Assembly: GCA_003242735.2 (NCBI GenBank)
Contig: QGVH02000005.1
Coordinates: 17,055-81,054, forward strand
Direction of reading: 5' to 3'
Source of the DNA: a bacterium
GTDB lineage: Bacteria > Gemmatimonadota > Gemmatimonadetes > Longimicrobiales > RSA9
Length of the DNA stretch: 64,000 bases
A program made the position numbers and the translations under genes. The notes below the pieces were generated by a model. It worked only from the letters and a program-made list of their open reading frames with translations, was not told the DNA's origin and ran no database searches. Positions 1 through 9,003 of the stretch are shown here, one piece after another (the first letter of the stretch is position 1; the number at the start of each line of letters is the position of its first letter).

Positions 1-475
1 CCGCCGCTTCACTCGGCGCTGCGGTCGCCGCGCCGATCCCTGAGCTCGTCTCTCTCGCCATCTCGACGGTCTCCTCGGTTCTCGTGCCGTCCCGGCGGCA
101 GCGTCGCCGCCGGGGAAAGGGTGATCTCTGCCCCCGCGCGCACCCGCTCTCCGGCGCACGGCGCGCGACGACGATTCCTCGGATCTATCGTGACCGGCGG
201 CGCTTACGGCCGCCGGATCCATGCCATTCCTCACCCCCGGGGTCGCCCAAACCTAACGTGAACCACCCCACCTCGCCACCCCGCGCCGCCCCCGCCACGG
301 GGTGCACACAGCGCCGCTGACGACGATCTCACCGACCCGACCACGGGACGGACCGCCGCCCGAACGCCGCCACGAGCCCCGCCCCACACCGTGTCGCTTT
401 CTCCTATGGCGCCGTCCAGCCGGCAAGGACATCCTCTACCCCGACCGTCCACCACCCGCATCCCGGAGCCGTCAC

Positions 476-1540
476 GTGAACGCCCTCGACCGCATCCTCG
501 GACCGAGCGACGCCGCCGCCGCACTCCGGGAGTTCGGTCGGCGCGCCGCCGCCGTCGACGCACCCGTCCTCCTCACCGGCGAAACCGGTACCGGCAAGGG
601 AGTGCTCGCCCGCGCGATCCACGAAGCATCGCGCCGGGCTCGCGGCCCCTTCGTCGCCATCAACTGCGCAGGCATCCCGGAGACCCTCTTCGAGAGCGAG
701 TTCTTCGGCCACACCCGCGGCGCCTTCACCGGCGCACAACAGTCCCACCGCGGCCTCTTCGAGCAGGCCGCCGGCGGCACCCTGTTCCTCGACGAGATCG
801 CGGAACTGCCGCTCCCGCTCCAGGCCAAGCTCCTCAACGCCCTCGAGGACGGCGAGATCCGCCGCCTCGGCGGCGAACGCACCGTCCGCGTGGACGTCCG
901 CATCATCGCCGCCGCAGGCATCGACCTCGAGCGCGCCGTCGCCGAGCGCCGCTTCCGCCGCGACCTCTACCACCGCCTGCTCGTCCTCTCCTGCCGTCTG
1001 CCCCCGCTCCGCGACCGCCACGGCGATATCGAGTTCCTCGCCCACCAGTTCCTGGACCGCTTCGCCCAACGCTACCAGGCCCCCGCCCGCACGTTCTCAC
1101 CCGCCGCCCTCGCCCGGCTCCAGGCCTACCCGTGGCCCGGCAACATCCGCGAGCTCGCCCACGCCGTCGAGGCCGCCGTCCTCGCTTGCGACGGCCCCAC
1201 CATCGGCGTCGCCCACCTCCCCACCACCGTCACCAGCACGCCCCCGCCGCTCACCCATGCCCCGATGGCACACGAGCCCAGCGCCGCCTACGCGTCCGCC
1301 CCACCAGCGCCCGACGGCGCCGGCGAGCCGCGTCCGCCGTTCCACCTCCCCCGCGGCCGCTACTCGTTCTACGGCTCCGAAGAGGAGGAACGGCGCCGCA
1401 TCGAGGAGGCGCTCCGCTTCTACCGCGGCAACAAGTCGCGCGCCGCCGCAGCGCTCGGCATGGCCCGCAACACACTCCGGCTCAAGCTCCGCCACTTCGG
1501 CCTCGATGGCCACAAGCGCGCGGAACCGGCCGGCCGCTGA
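476..1540 (+). CDS. sigma-54-dependent transcriptional activator (bEBP): AAA+ core plus C-terminal Fis-type HTH, no N-terminal sensory or receiver domain
   Basis: ORF 302..1540. Walker [15 protein letters not shown] loop ([10 protein letters not shown]), Walker B LFLDEI, C-terminal [23 protein letters not shown]. The in-frame GTG at 476 is preferred as start because the residues encoded by 302-475 look like Pro/Arg-rich non-coding translation. The start is uncertain. Confidence 0.9.
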   Translation: MNALDRILGPSDAAAALREFGRRAAAVDAPVLLTGETGTGKGVLARAIHEASRRARGPFVAINCAGIPETLFESEFFGHTRGAFTGAQQSHRGLFEQAAGGTLFLDEIAELPLPLQAKLLNALEDGEIRRLGGERTVRVDVRIIAAAGIDLERAVAERRFRRDLYHRLLVLSCRLPPLRDRHGDIEFLAHQFLDRFAQRYQAPARTFSPAALARLQAYPWPGNIRELAHAVEAAVLACDGPTIGVAHLPTTVTSTPPPLTHAPMAHEPSAAYASAPPAPDGAGEPRPPFHLPRGRYSFYGSEEEERRRIEEALRFYRGNKSRAAAALGMARNTLRLKLRHFGLDGHKRAEPAGR

Positions 1541-1640
1541 CCACCCCGTGTCCCTGACCGCTATGGCCCCACGAACCATGACACGCCGGCAATTCGTTGC
1601 GCCACGGACCGTTGCGACCATGCGCCACGCCTCCACCCGC

Positions 1641-1873
1641 TCCGGCACGCCGCATGACCGATCCCCCGGCGCCACGAGCCGCGACCGGGGCGGATCGACG
1701 ACGTCGCCGCAACCCGCGTGGCCACCGCAACCCTGGATGCATCCCGGCCGGCGCCCGAACGCTGCTCGGCCCGGCCGCCGTCGGCCGTCGCTCGATTCGC
1801 CGCAGCGCCCGGCGCGCCTCGCGGGCACGATCGCCCACGCCCGCTCCGCGGGCCACACACCGGGAGGTTTGCC
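1641..1873 (+). promoter_or_regulatory. conserved leader A: GGCACG-N5-TGA element (1643-1658), palindrome GCCCGC-TCC-GCGGGC (1839-1853), SD GGGAGG (1862-1867)
   Basis: Alignable at nucleotide level with 3520-3659 upstream of the paralogous small gene. Copy A carries an insertion of about 85 nt between the two conserved blocks. Confidence 0.5.
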
Positions 1874-2200
1874 ATGCGCCACAGCAGCATCACGGGCTCC
1901 GTGCCCGCTCTCGCGCTCGTCCTCGCGTTCGCCGCCGCCGCGTGGGCCGACTGCGCGCCCTACATCTCCACGGGCATCAACGACCCGCCGGGCGTCGGCA
2001 CACTCATCGGCACCGAAACGCGGACCGAGGTCGTGCGGGAGACCATCGAGATCGTCGTCTCGGGCTCCGGTTCTGGCGCCGGCGGCTCGGTCAAGCGGAC
2101 GATCACCCGCGAGACGACACGCAGCTACCAGGTCGGCACGTACCTCATGAGCGACGGCTCGCGGGTCAGGGTCGATTGCAGCACCTACAGGTACATCTGA
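1874..2200 (+). CDS. small secreted protein (108 aa), Cys-bracketed, paralog of 3660..3953
   Basis: Internal ATG of ORF 1718..2200 preceded by GGGAGG. Sec signal peptide MRHSSITGSVPALALVLAFAAAAWA|DC. Shares the motifs LIGTE and VGTYLMxDGSRxRxxC with the paralog. Confidence 0.75.
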   Translation: MRHSSITGSVPALALVLAFAAAAWADCAPYISTGINDPPGVGTLIGTETRTEVVRETIEIVVSGSGSGAGGSVKRTITRETTRSYQVGTYLMSDGSRVRVDCSTYRYI

Positions 2201-2221
2201 GCAGGACCGGGGACCCGCTCG

Positions 2222-2248
2222 GTGGCGGCCGGACCGCCCGGCCGCCAC
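2222..2248 (+). terminator. GC hairpin after small gene A (11-bp perfect stem GTGGCGGCCGG/CCGGCCGCCAC, no U tract)
   Basis: Read directly from the sequence. An analogous hairpin follows the paralog at 3968-4001. Confidence 0.4.
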
Positions 2249-2282
2249 GCCCGTCCGGAACCACCAACCAGAGCGAGGCACC

Positions 2283-3311
2283 ATGCGCACCCGAACCCTC
2301 TCCGCCCTGCTGCTCCTCGCCGCCTGCGCCGCCTCCGACACCGAGCACCGATCCGCCGCCGACCCGCCGCTCATCGCCCGGGAGCTGATCGCCAGACGGG
2401 TCGCGAGCATCGCCGATGACTCGTTCCCGCTCACCACGCCGATCCGCATCCGACTCCTCGGAGACACCCTCGTCGTGGCGGACATCGGCGACGACCGCAT
2501 CGCGCTCTTCGACCGCGACCTCGAGCTGCTCCACGTCTTCGGCAGGAGCGGCGCCGGCCCCGGCGAGCTCCAGGGAGCGTTCGAGCTCGTGTGCGCGGAC
2601 GGCCTCATCGCCGTCGGCGACATGACCAACCAGCGGATCTCCTTCTTCACCCCGGACGGCCAGCTCGTCCGCGAGATCCGACTGGACGAGGCGCTCCGCA
2701 GCTTCGTGGTGGGCCCGGACGGATCGGTCTACCATGTGTCCATTTCGGGCCGCGACGCCCTCTTCACCGTCATCGCGCCGGACGGCACGCGCCGGCCCTG
2801 GGGCACCCGCCCGCCCGGGCTGCGGCCGGGCACGGACGACGGCAGGCGCGTCATCGAACAGGACGAAGTCCTTGCCCTCCGTACGCCCGACGGCGCGGTC
2901 CACGTGCTGGACAACCGGGAAGGCGTGCTCATCCGGTTCGACTCCGCCGGCGCCGTGCAACACACCGTGCAACTGCCACGCTGGCTGCTCGAGCCCATCC
3001 GCAAGCGGCACGAGGCACTCGCCCGCAGCCTGGCCCGGCAGGGCCTGCACGTCTACCCGGGCACCATCGCCAAGGACCTGTCCCTCACCTCCGACGGCCG
3101 TCTGCTCCTCGCCGTCGCCTCCGGCGATGTCGTCGCCGTCGTCGTGGACCCGGCGACCTACTCGCCCCGCGAGATCCGCGTCCCCGCCGGAGAGGGCCCA
3201 TGGGACGCGGCGCGCCGGGCCGTCAGCCTCGCGCTGCACGGCGACACCCTTTACGCCGTGACCACCGACGGCCTCTACGCCTTCGTCCTCGAGCCGGCGC
3301 AAGCCGGCTGA
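2283..3311 (+). CDS. NHL-repeat beta-propeller lipoprotein
   Basis: Lipobox LLLAAC near the N-terminus. Repeated NHL-like units (VVADIGDDRIALFD, GAGPGELQGAFEL, VGDMTNQRISFFTPDG). Confidence 0.8.
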   Translation: MRTRTLSALLLLAACAASDTEHRSAADPPLIARELIARRVASIADDSFPLTTPIRIRLLGDTLVVADIGDDRIALFDRDLELLHVFGRSGAGPGELQGAFELVCADGLIAVGDMTNQRISFFTPDGQLVREIRLDEALRSFVVGPDGSVYHVSISGRDALFTVIAPDGTRRPWGTRPPGLRPGTDDGRRVIEQDEVLALRTPDGAVHVLDNREGVLIRFDSAGAVQHTVQLPRWLLEPIRKRHEALARSLARQGLHVYPGTIAKDLSLTSDGRLLLAVASGDVVAVVVDPATYSPREIRVPAGEGPWDAARRAVSLALHGDTLYAVTTDGLYAFVLEPAQAG

Positions 3312-3331
3312 TCCTTCCAGCCCCTCCCTAC

Positions 3332-3385
3332 GACGCTCCGCGCCGCGCTCTCCCTGGGACGCGTCTCCACCCGGCGCGGAGCGTC
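3332..3385 (+). terminator. long hairpin downstream of the NHL gene (14-bp perfect arms GACGCTCCGCGCCG/CGGCGCGGAGCGTC)
   Basis: Inverted repeat read from the sequence, with an inner GACGCGTC palindrome in the loop. No U tract. It could alternatively be a protein-binding site upstream of leader B. Confidence 0.35.
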
Positions 3386-3519
3386 TCGACCACGAACGGA
3401 CGGAACTGCCCGGTCGTTGACCGCCCAACGCCCCATCCCGCCCTGCCCCCTGCCGCGACGATTGGGCTATAGGTCGCTGAATCACCGAAACTTACGACAG
3501 CGTGGCCCGGAGCAGGTCG

Positions 3520-3659
3520 CCCGGCACGCCGCGTGACTTCCCGATGGCCGCCACGGGCCGTGACGGGGCGGAGTGCGACGACGTCGCGGAGGACTCGCCC
3601 GGCGCGGACCGGAGGCGCGTCCATCACGCCCGCTCCGCGGGCCATGCCGGGAGGTTCCC
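3520..3659 (+). promoter_or_regulatory. conserved leader B: GGCACG-N5-TGA element (3522-3537), palindrome GCCCGC-TCC-GCGGGC (3628-3642), SD GGGAGG (3649-3654)
   Basis: Nucleotide-level homolog of 1641-1873. Confidence 0.5.
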
Positions 3660-3953
3660 ATGCGCAACTTCAACGTCAGGGCCTTCGTGCCCGCACTCGT
3701 CCTGTTGCTCGCGATCGCCACGGCCGTGCGCGCGAATTGCGCGAAGGAGCTGGCCCTGGGCGGGACGGACGGCACAGCGATCCTGATCGGGACGGAAGAG
3801 CGGAGGCAGGAGACCTACTTCCCGATCGTGGCGCCGCCGCTGGTCACCATGGGCTTCATCAAGATCGTGCACACCACCGAGGTGGGCACGTACCTGATGC
3901 CCGATGGGTCGCGGATCCGGATCACGTGCCAGGAGCAGTTCTCGCTCGGCTGA
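3660..3953 (+). CDS. small secreted protein (97 aa), Cys-bracketed, paralog of 1874..2200
   Basis: Internal ATG of ORF 3573..3953 after GGGAGG. Signal peptide MRNFNVRAFVPALVLLLAIATAVRA|NC. Motifs ILIGTEE and VGTYLMPDGSRIRITC. Confidence 0.75.
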   Translation: MRNFNVRAFVPALVLLLAIATAVRANCAKELALGGTDGTAILIGTEERRQETYFPIVAPPLVTMGFIKIVHTTEVGTYLMPDGSRIRITCQEQFSLG

Positions 3954-3967
3954 GCGGCAGCCGCCGT

Positions 3968-4001
3968 GGCCGGCCGCCGCGGCCCACGCGGGCGGCCGGC
4001 C
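3968..4001 (+). terminator. GC hairpin after small gene B (11-bp perfect stem GGCCGGCCGCC/GGCGGCCGGCC)
   Basis: Read directly from the sequence. No U tract. Confidence 0.4.
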
Positions 4002-4033
4002 CGGCCGGGGCGCAACGATACGAGGAGCGATCG

Positions 4034-4693
4034 ATGAAGCCACGCACCTTCGCCGTCACGCTCGTGAGCATCGCCATTGCCGGCGCGGCCGCCGTCCTCC
4101 ACACCGCCCTCCGCGGCCCCGATCCGATCCGCACGGTGCACATCGGCGCCGCGGTCGCGGAACGGGCCGCGGACGCCGGCGTCGCCATCGGCCCCGCGGA
4201 CGCAGCCATCGTCGTCCGCGTCTTCTCCGACTTCCAGTGTCCCGCCTGCCGACGGCTGGACGCCGAGGCCGGTGTCGTCCTCAGGCGCTGGGCCGCTGAT
4301 GGCCTGATCCGCTACGTCCACATCCACGCCCCCCTCCCCGCACACCGCCGCGGCCCCGCCGCAGCCGCGGCCTCCCACTGCGCCGCACGAGCCGGCAGGC
4401 CGTGGGACATGCACCGCATGCTCGCCGACCGCCTCCCGGAGTGGACCCAGGGCGAGCCGCCGGAGCCGAGGTTCGTGACCTACGCCCACGCCCTCGGCCT
4501 CGACACCACCACATTCGCCCTCTGCCTCACCGACCCCGCCACCGCCGAGCAGGTCCAGCGCGACCGGGCCGCCGCCCGCGCCCTCGCGCCGGACCGGGTG
4601 CCCGTCGTCTACGTCAACGAGGCCCTGATCGAGGGCCTGCGAGACCCCGCCCAGCTCGTGGACCACGTCCGGCGCCTCCTCCGCCTGCCCTGA
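4034..4693 (+). CDS. membrane-anchored DsbA-family thiol:disulfide oxidoreductase
   Basis: Internal ATG of ORF 3533..4693 after GAGGAG. N-terminal TM helix FAVTLVSIAIAGAAAVL. Thioredoxin active site FSDFQCPACRRL. Confidence 0.85.
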   Translation: MKPRTFAVTLVSIAIAGAAAVLHTALRGPDPIRTVHIGAAVAERAADAGVAIGPADAAIVVRVFSDFQCPACRRLDAEAGVVLRRWAADGLIRYVHIHAPLPAHRRGPAAAAASHCAARAGRPWDMHRMLADRLPEWTQGEPPEPRFVTYAHALGLDTTTFALCLTDPATAEQVQRDRAAARALAPDRVPVVYVNEALIEGLRDPAQLVDHVRRLLRLP

Positions 4694-4807
4694 CCCCGGT
4701 CAATGGCGCACCTTCGCGCTCCCGGTTAAGTTCACGCGTGGCGCCGCGCGGCACCGACCCCTACGGCCGCCGGCCGCCACGTACGGACTCCACTCCCTCG
4801 ATTCGTC

Positions 4808-6736
4808 ATGCTGGACACGATTCTCGAGACACTTCGCCGGCACGTCATCAGCCGGAAACTGGAGCCTGGTGATGTCGAGTACCTGGCATCCCAGGCCCGC
4901 GCCATCTGTTATCTGCCCGGCGCGTACATCTTCCGTGAGAGTCAGCCACGCCGCGAATTCGGCATCATCGTCCGCGGCCGCGTCGAGATCCGCAAACGGC
5001 ACCGCGGCCGCAACCAGGTCCTCGCCCTGCTCGGACCCGGCGACTCCTACGGCGAGGGCACGCTCCTCGACGACTACCCGCACTCGACCTCCGCCTACGT
5101 CATGGAGCCCGTCGAGGCGATCGAGTTCCCGCGCGAGACCATCATGCGCATCGCCGAAGAGCGGCCGATGCTCTACGCGCGGCTCGCCATCGCGGCCGCC
5201 CAGATCATCGCGATGCGGCTCCGCGCCGCCAACGCGCGCATCGCCGGCGGAGAGCAGATCTACCTGTCCGGCGAGCTGCGGCGTGAGAAGGACCTGCTCG
5301 GCGAACGCGAGGTCCCCGACCGCGAGTACTATGGGATCCAGACGCTGCGCGCCATCGAGAACTTCCCCATCACGGGCATCACGATCGCGCAGTATCCCCA
5401 CCTCATCGTCGCGCTCGCCGCAGTCAAGGAAGCCGCGGCCCGGGCCAATCAGGAGCTGGGCCTCCTCGACCCGACCATCGCGAACGCCATCATCGCCGCG
5501 TGCCAGGAGATCCGCGGCGGGGCGCTGCACAGCCACTTCGTCGTGGATGTCATCCAGGGCGGCGCGGGCACCTCGACGAACATGAACGCCAACGAGGTGA
5601 TCGCGAACCGCGCGCTGGAGATCCTCGGCAGACGCCGCGGCGAGTACCACATCGTGCACCCCAACAACCACGTCAACCTCTCCCAGTCCACCAACGACGT
5701 CTATCCCACCGCGCTCAAGATCGCGCTCATCTGGATGCTCCGCGACCTGGAGGTGGCGCTCGCCGCGCTGCGCGATGCGTTCCTGCTCAAGGCGGACGAG
5801 TTCGCCGACATCGTCAAGATCGGCCGGACCCAGCTCCAGGACGCCGTGCCGATGACGCTCGGCCAGGAGTTCCACGCCTTCGGCATCACGTTGGGTGAAG
5901 ACATCGAACGGCTGCGCGAGGCGGCCGGCCTCTTGTGCGAGATCAACCTGGGCGCCACCGCCATCGGCACGGGCATCAACACCGACCCGCGCTACGCGGC
6001 GCTGGTCCGTGAGCGCCTGGCGGAGATCACCGGCCTGCCGCTCGTCACCAGCCCCGACCTCGTCGAGGCCACGGCGGACACGGGCGTGTTCGTCCAGCTC
6101 TCGGGCGTGCTCAAGCGGGTCGCGACCAAGCTCTCCAAGATCTGCAACGACCTGCGCCTGCTCTCCAGCGGGCCGCGCGCCGGCCTCGGCGAGATCTCGT
6201 TGCCGCCCATGCAGCCGGGCTCGAGCATCATGCCGGGCAAGGTGAACCCGGTCATCCCCGAGGTCGTCAACCAGGTCTGCTACCAGGTGGTCGGCAACGA
6301 CCTCACGGTGACGATCGCGGCCGAGGCGGGCCAGCTCCAGCTCAACGTGTTCGAGCCGGTCATCGCCTTCAACCTCTTCCAGTCCATCGACATGCTCGAG
6401 CAGGCGTGCATCGTGCTGCGTGAACGCTGCGTTCTCGGCATCACGGCGAACCGCGAGCGCATCCGTCACCTGCTCGAGCGGAGCATCGGCATCGTCACCG
6501 CGCTCGTCCCGTACATCGGGTACGACCGCGCGAGCGCCGTTGCCCGCGAGGCGCTGGAGACCGACCGGGGAGTCTACGAGCTGGTGCTGGAGAAGGGCTG
6601 GCTGACCCGGGAGGAGCTGGACGAGATCCTGTCACCCGAGGCGATGACGCGACCGCGCCCGATGCCCGTGCTGCGCGGTCGCTTCGACAGCCAGGAGGAA
6701 GTCGCGGCGGCCCCGCACCAGCCGGCGCAGGGGTGA
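4808..6736 (+). CDS. aspA: aspartate ammonia-lyase fused to an N-terminal cyclic-nucleotide-binding-like (CAP effector) domain
   Basis: Residues from about 160 to the end match class-II fumarase/aspartase, including the signature GSSIMPGKVNP and the TNMNANEVIANRA and SQSTNDVYPTA motifs. The first 150 aa or so have the beta-roll pattern of cNMP-binding domains (GDSYGEGTLL...STSAYV). Confidence 0.9.
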   Translation: MLDTILETLRRHVISRKLEPGDVEYLASQARAICYLPGAYIFRESQPRREFGIIVRGRVEIRKRHRGRNQVLALLGPGDSYGEGTLLDDYPHSTSAYVMEPVEAIEFPRETIMRIAEERPMLYARLAIAAAQIIAMRLRAANARIAGGEQIYLSGELRREKDLLGEREVPDREYYGIQTLRAIENFPITGITIAQYPHLIVALAAVKEAAARANQELGLLDPTIANAIIAACQEIRGGALHSHFVVDVIQGGAGTSTNMNANEVIANRALEILGRRRGEYHIVHPNNHVNLSQSTNDVYPTALKIALIWMLRDLEVALAALRDAFLLKADEFADIVKIGRTQLQDAVPMTLGQEFHAFGITLGEDIERLREAAGLLCEINLGATAIGTGINTDPRYAALVRERLAEITGLPLVTSPDLVEATADTGVFVQLSGVLKRVATKLSKICNDLRLLSSGPRAGLGEISLPPMQPGSSIMPGKVNPVIPEVVNQVCYQVVGNDLTVTIAAEAGQLQLNVFEPVIAFNLFQSIDMLEQACIVLRERCVLGITANRERIRHLLERSIGIVTALVPYIGYDRASAVAREALETDRGVYELVLEKGWLTREELDEILSPEAMTRPRPMPVLRGRFDSQEEVAAAPHQPAQG

Positions 6737-6819
6737 AGCCACGCCGATGCCGGCGGGGTCACACCCCCGCCGGCGCGGGCCGGGCTCGACGGCGCGGAGA
6801 CGTGGCCGTGCCGGTTCCG

Positions 6820-8235
<1,416 letters not shown>

Positions 8236-8536
8236 GCGCGGAGAACAGGGCCGATCCGGTCGTGTCCATCCGTGCTCGATCGGGCCCGGAACTCCCTTGA
8301 CGACGTTCCTACCCGTCTCTACTGTATCAGCGATTCATCCAGCCGTTTCAGTCCGTGCCCAGTTTGGTCGGCGAACGCTGAGCCGGACCCGGAATTGACC
8401 ATTACGGTGGGGCCTGCGCAAGGGCAGGCACCCTTCAACTGTTCCCTGTGTCGGGCGGGAACCGTTGGTGCCGCCCGTGCCGAGTGCGGGCGCGAGACCC
8501 ACTCAACAATCTCACCAGATCGGGGGGAGCGAAGTC

Positions 8537-8824
8537 ATGAACAAGTCTGAGTTGATCCAGACGCTGGCCAACAAGGCCAAGATGACCAAGGCCGATGCGG
8601 CGCGTGCGGTCGAGGCGCTCTTCGGCGTCAGTGGCGGCATCATCGCGACGGCGCTCCGCAAGGGCGACCGCGTCCAGATCACCGGGTTCGGTACGTTCGA
8701 GACCAAGAAGCGCAAGGCCCGCACTGGCCGCAACCCGCGCACGGGCAAGGAGATCCAGATCCGTGCGACGACGACGCCTTCGTTCCGCGCCGGCAAGGGC
8801 CTGAAGGACGCGGTCAAGCGCTGA
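8537..8824 (+). CDS. hup: HU/IHF-family nucleoid protein
   Basis: MNKSELIQTLA...GFGTFETKKRKARTGRNPRTGKEIQI. Internal ATG of ORF 8465..8824. Confidence 0.95.
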   Translation: MNKSELIQTLANKAKMTKADAARAVEALFGVSGGIIATALRKGDRVQITGFGTFETKKRKARTGRNPRTGKEIQIRATTTPSFRAGKGLKDAVKR

Positions 8825-8854
8825 TCGGCCCGCGCATCACACTCTGCCTCGAAG

Positions 8855-8894
8855 GACGAGAGCCACGTCCCCACCCGGCGACGTGGCTCTCGTC
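8855..8894. terminator. 15-bp perfect hairpin between the convergent hup and helicase-like genes
   Basis: GACGAGAGCCACGTC-(10 nt)-GACGTGGCTCTCGTC. No clear U tract. Confidence 0.55.
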
Positions 8895-9003
8895 GTCTCA
8901 CCCTTCCTGTACCGGCCCGCCGCAGGAGCGGCGCGCCCGTCCCGCGCCGGCGAGACCCGCGCTCTCTGGCACGGCCGCGTCCCGCTCGGCGCGCGCTCCC
9001 ACC

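Noticed and set aside
1-61. A possible start of a minus-strand gene running off the left edge (ATG at 61 preceded by GAGGAG; MARETSSGIGAATAAPSEAA...).
   Set aside because: Only 20 codons are visible, which is too little to separate from chance. Not listed as a feature.
1097-2650. A long minus-strand ORF (517 aa), and many similar long ORFs in the track: 8837..10552 -, 15817..18837 +, 20421..22712 -, 39005..41608 +, 41893..43962 +, 50141..52651 -, 57512..59530 -, 61307..62926 +.
   Set aside because: Their translations are dominated by Arg, Pro, Gly and Ala with no recognisable motifs. They lie antisense to, or frame-shifted on, genes with clear family signatures. Open shadow frames are expected in DNA this GC-rich.
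8297-8325. A TTGACG-N17-TACTGT sigma-70-like promoter upstream of hup, and a similar TTGACG-N16-TACTTT at 54935-54962 upstream of the receiver gene.
   Set aside because: They are plausible, but the -10 hexamers match only at the T1, A2 and T6 positions, and I cannot evaluate the promoter consensus for this lineage. They are too weak to list as features.
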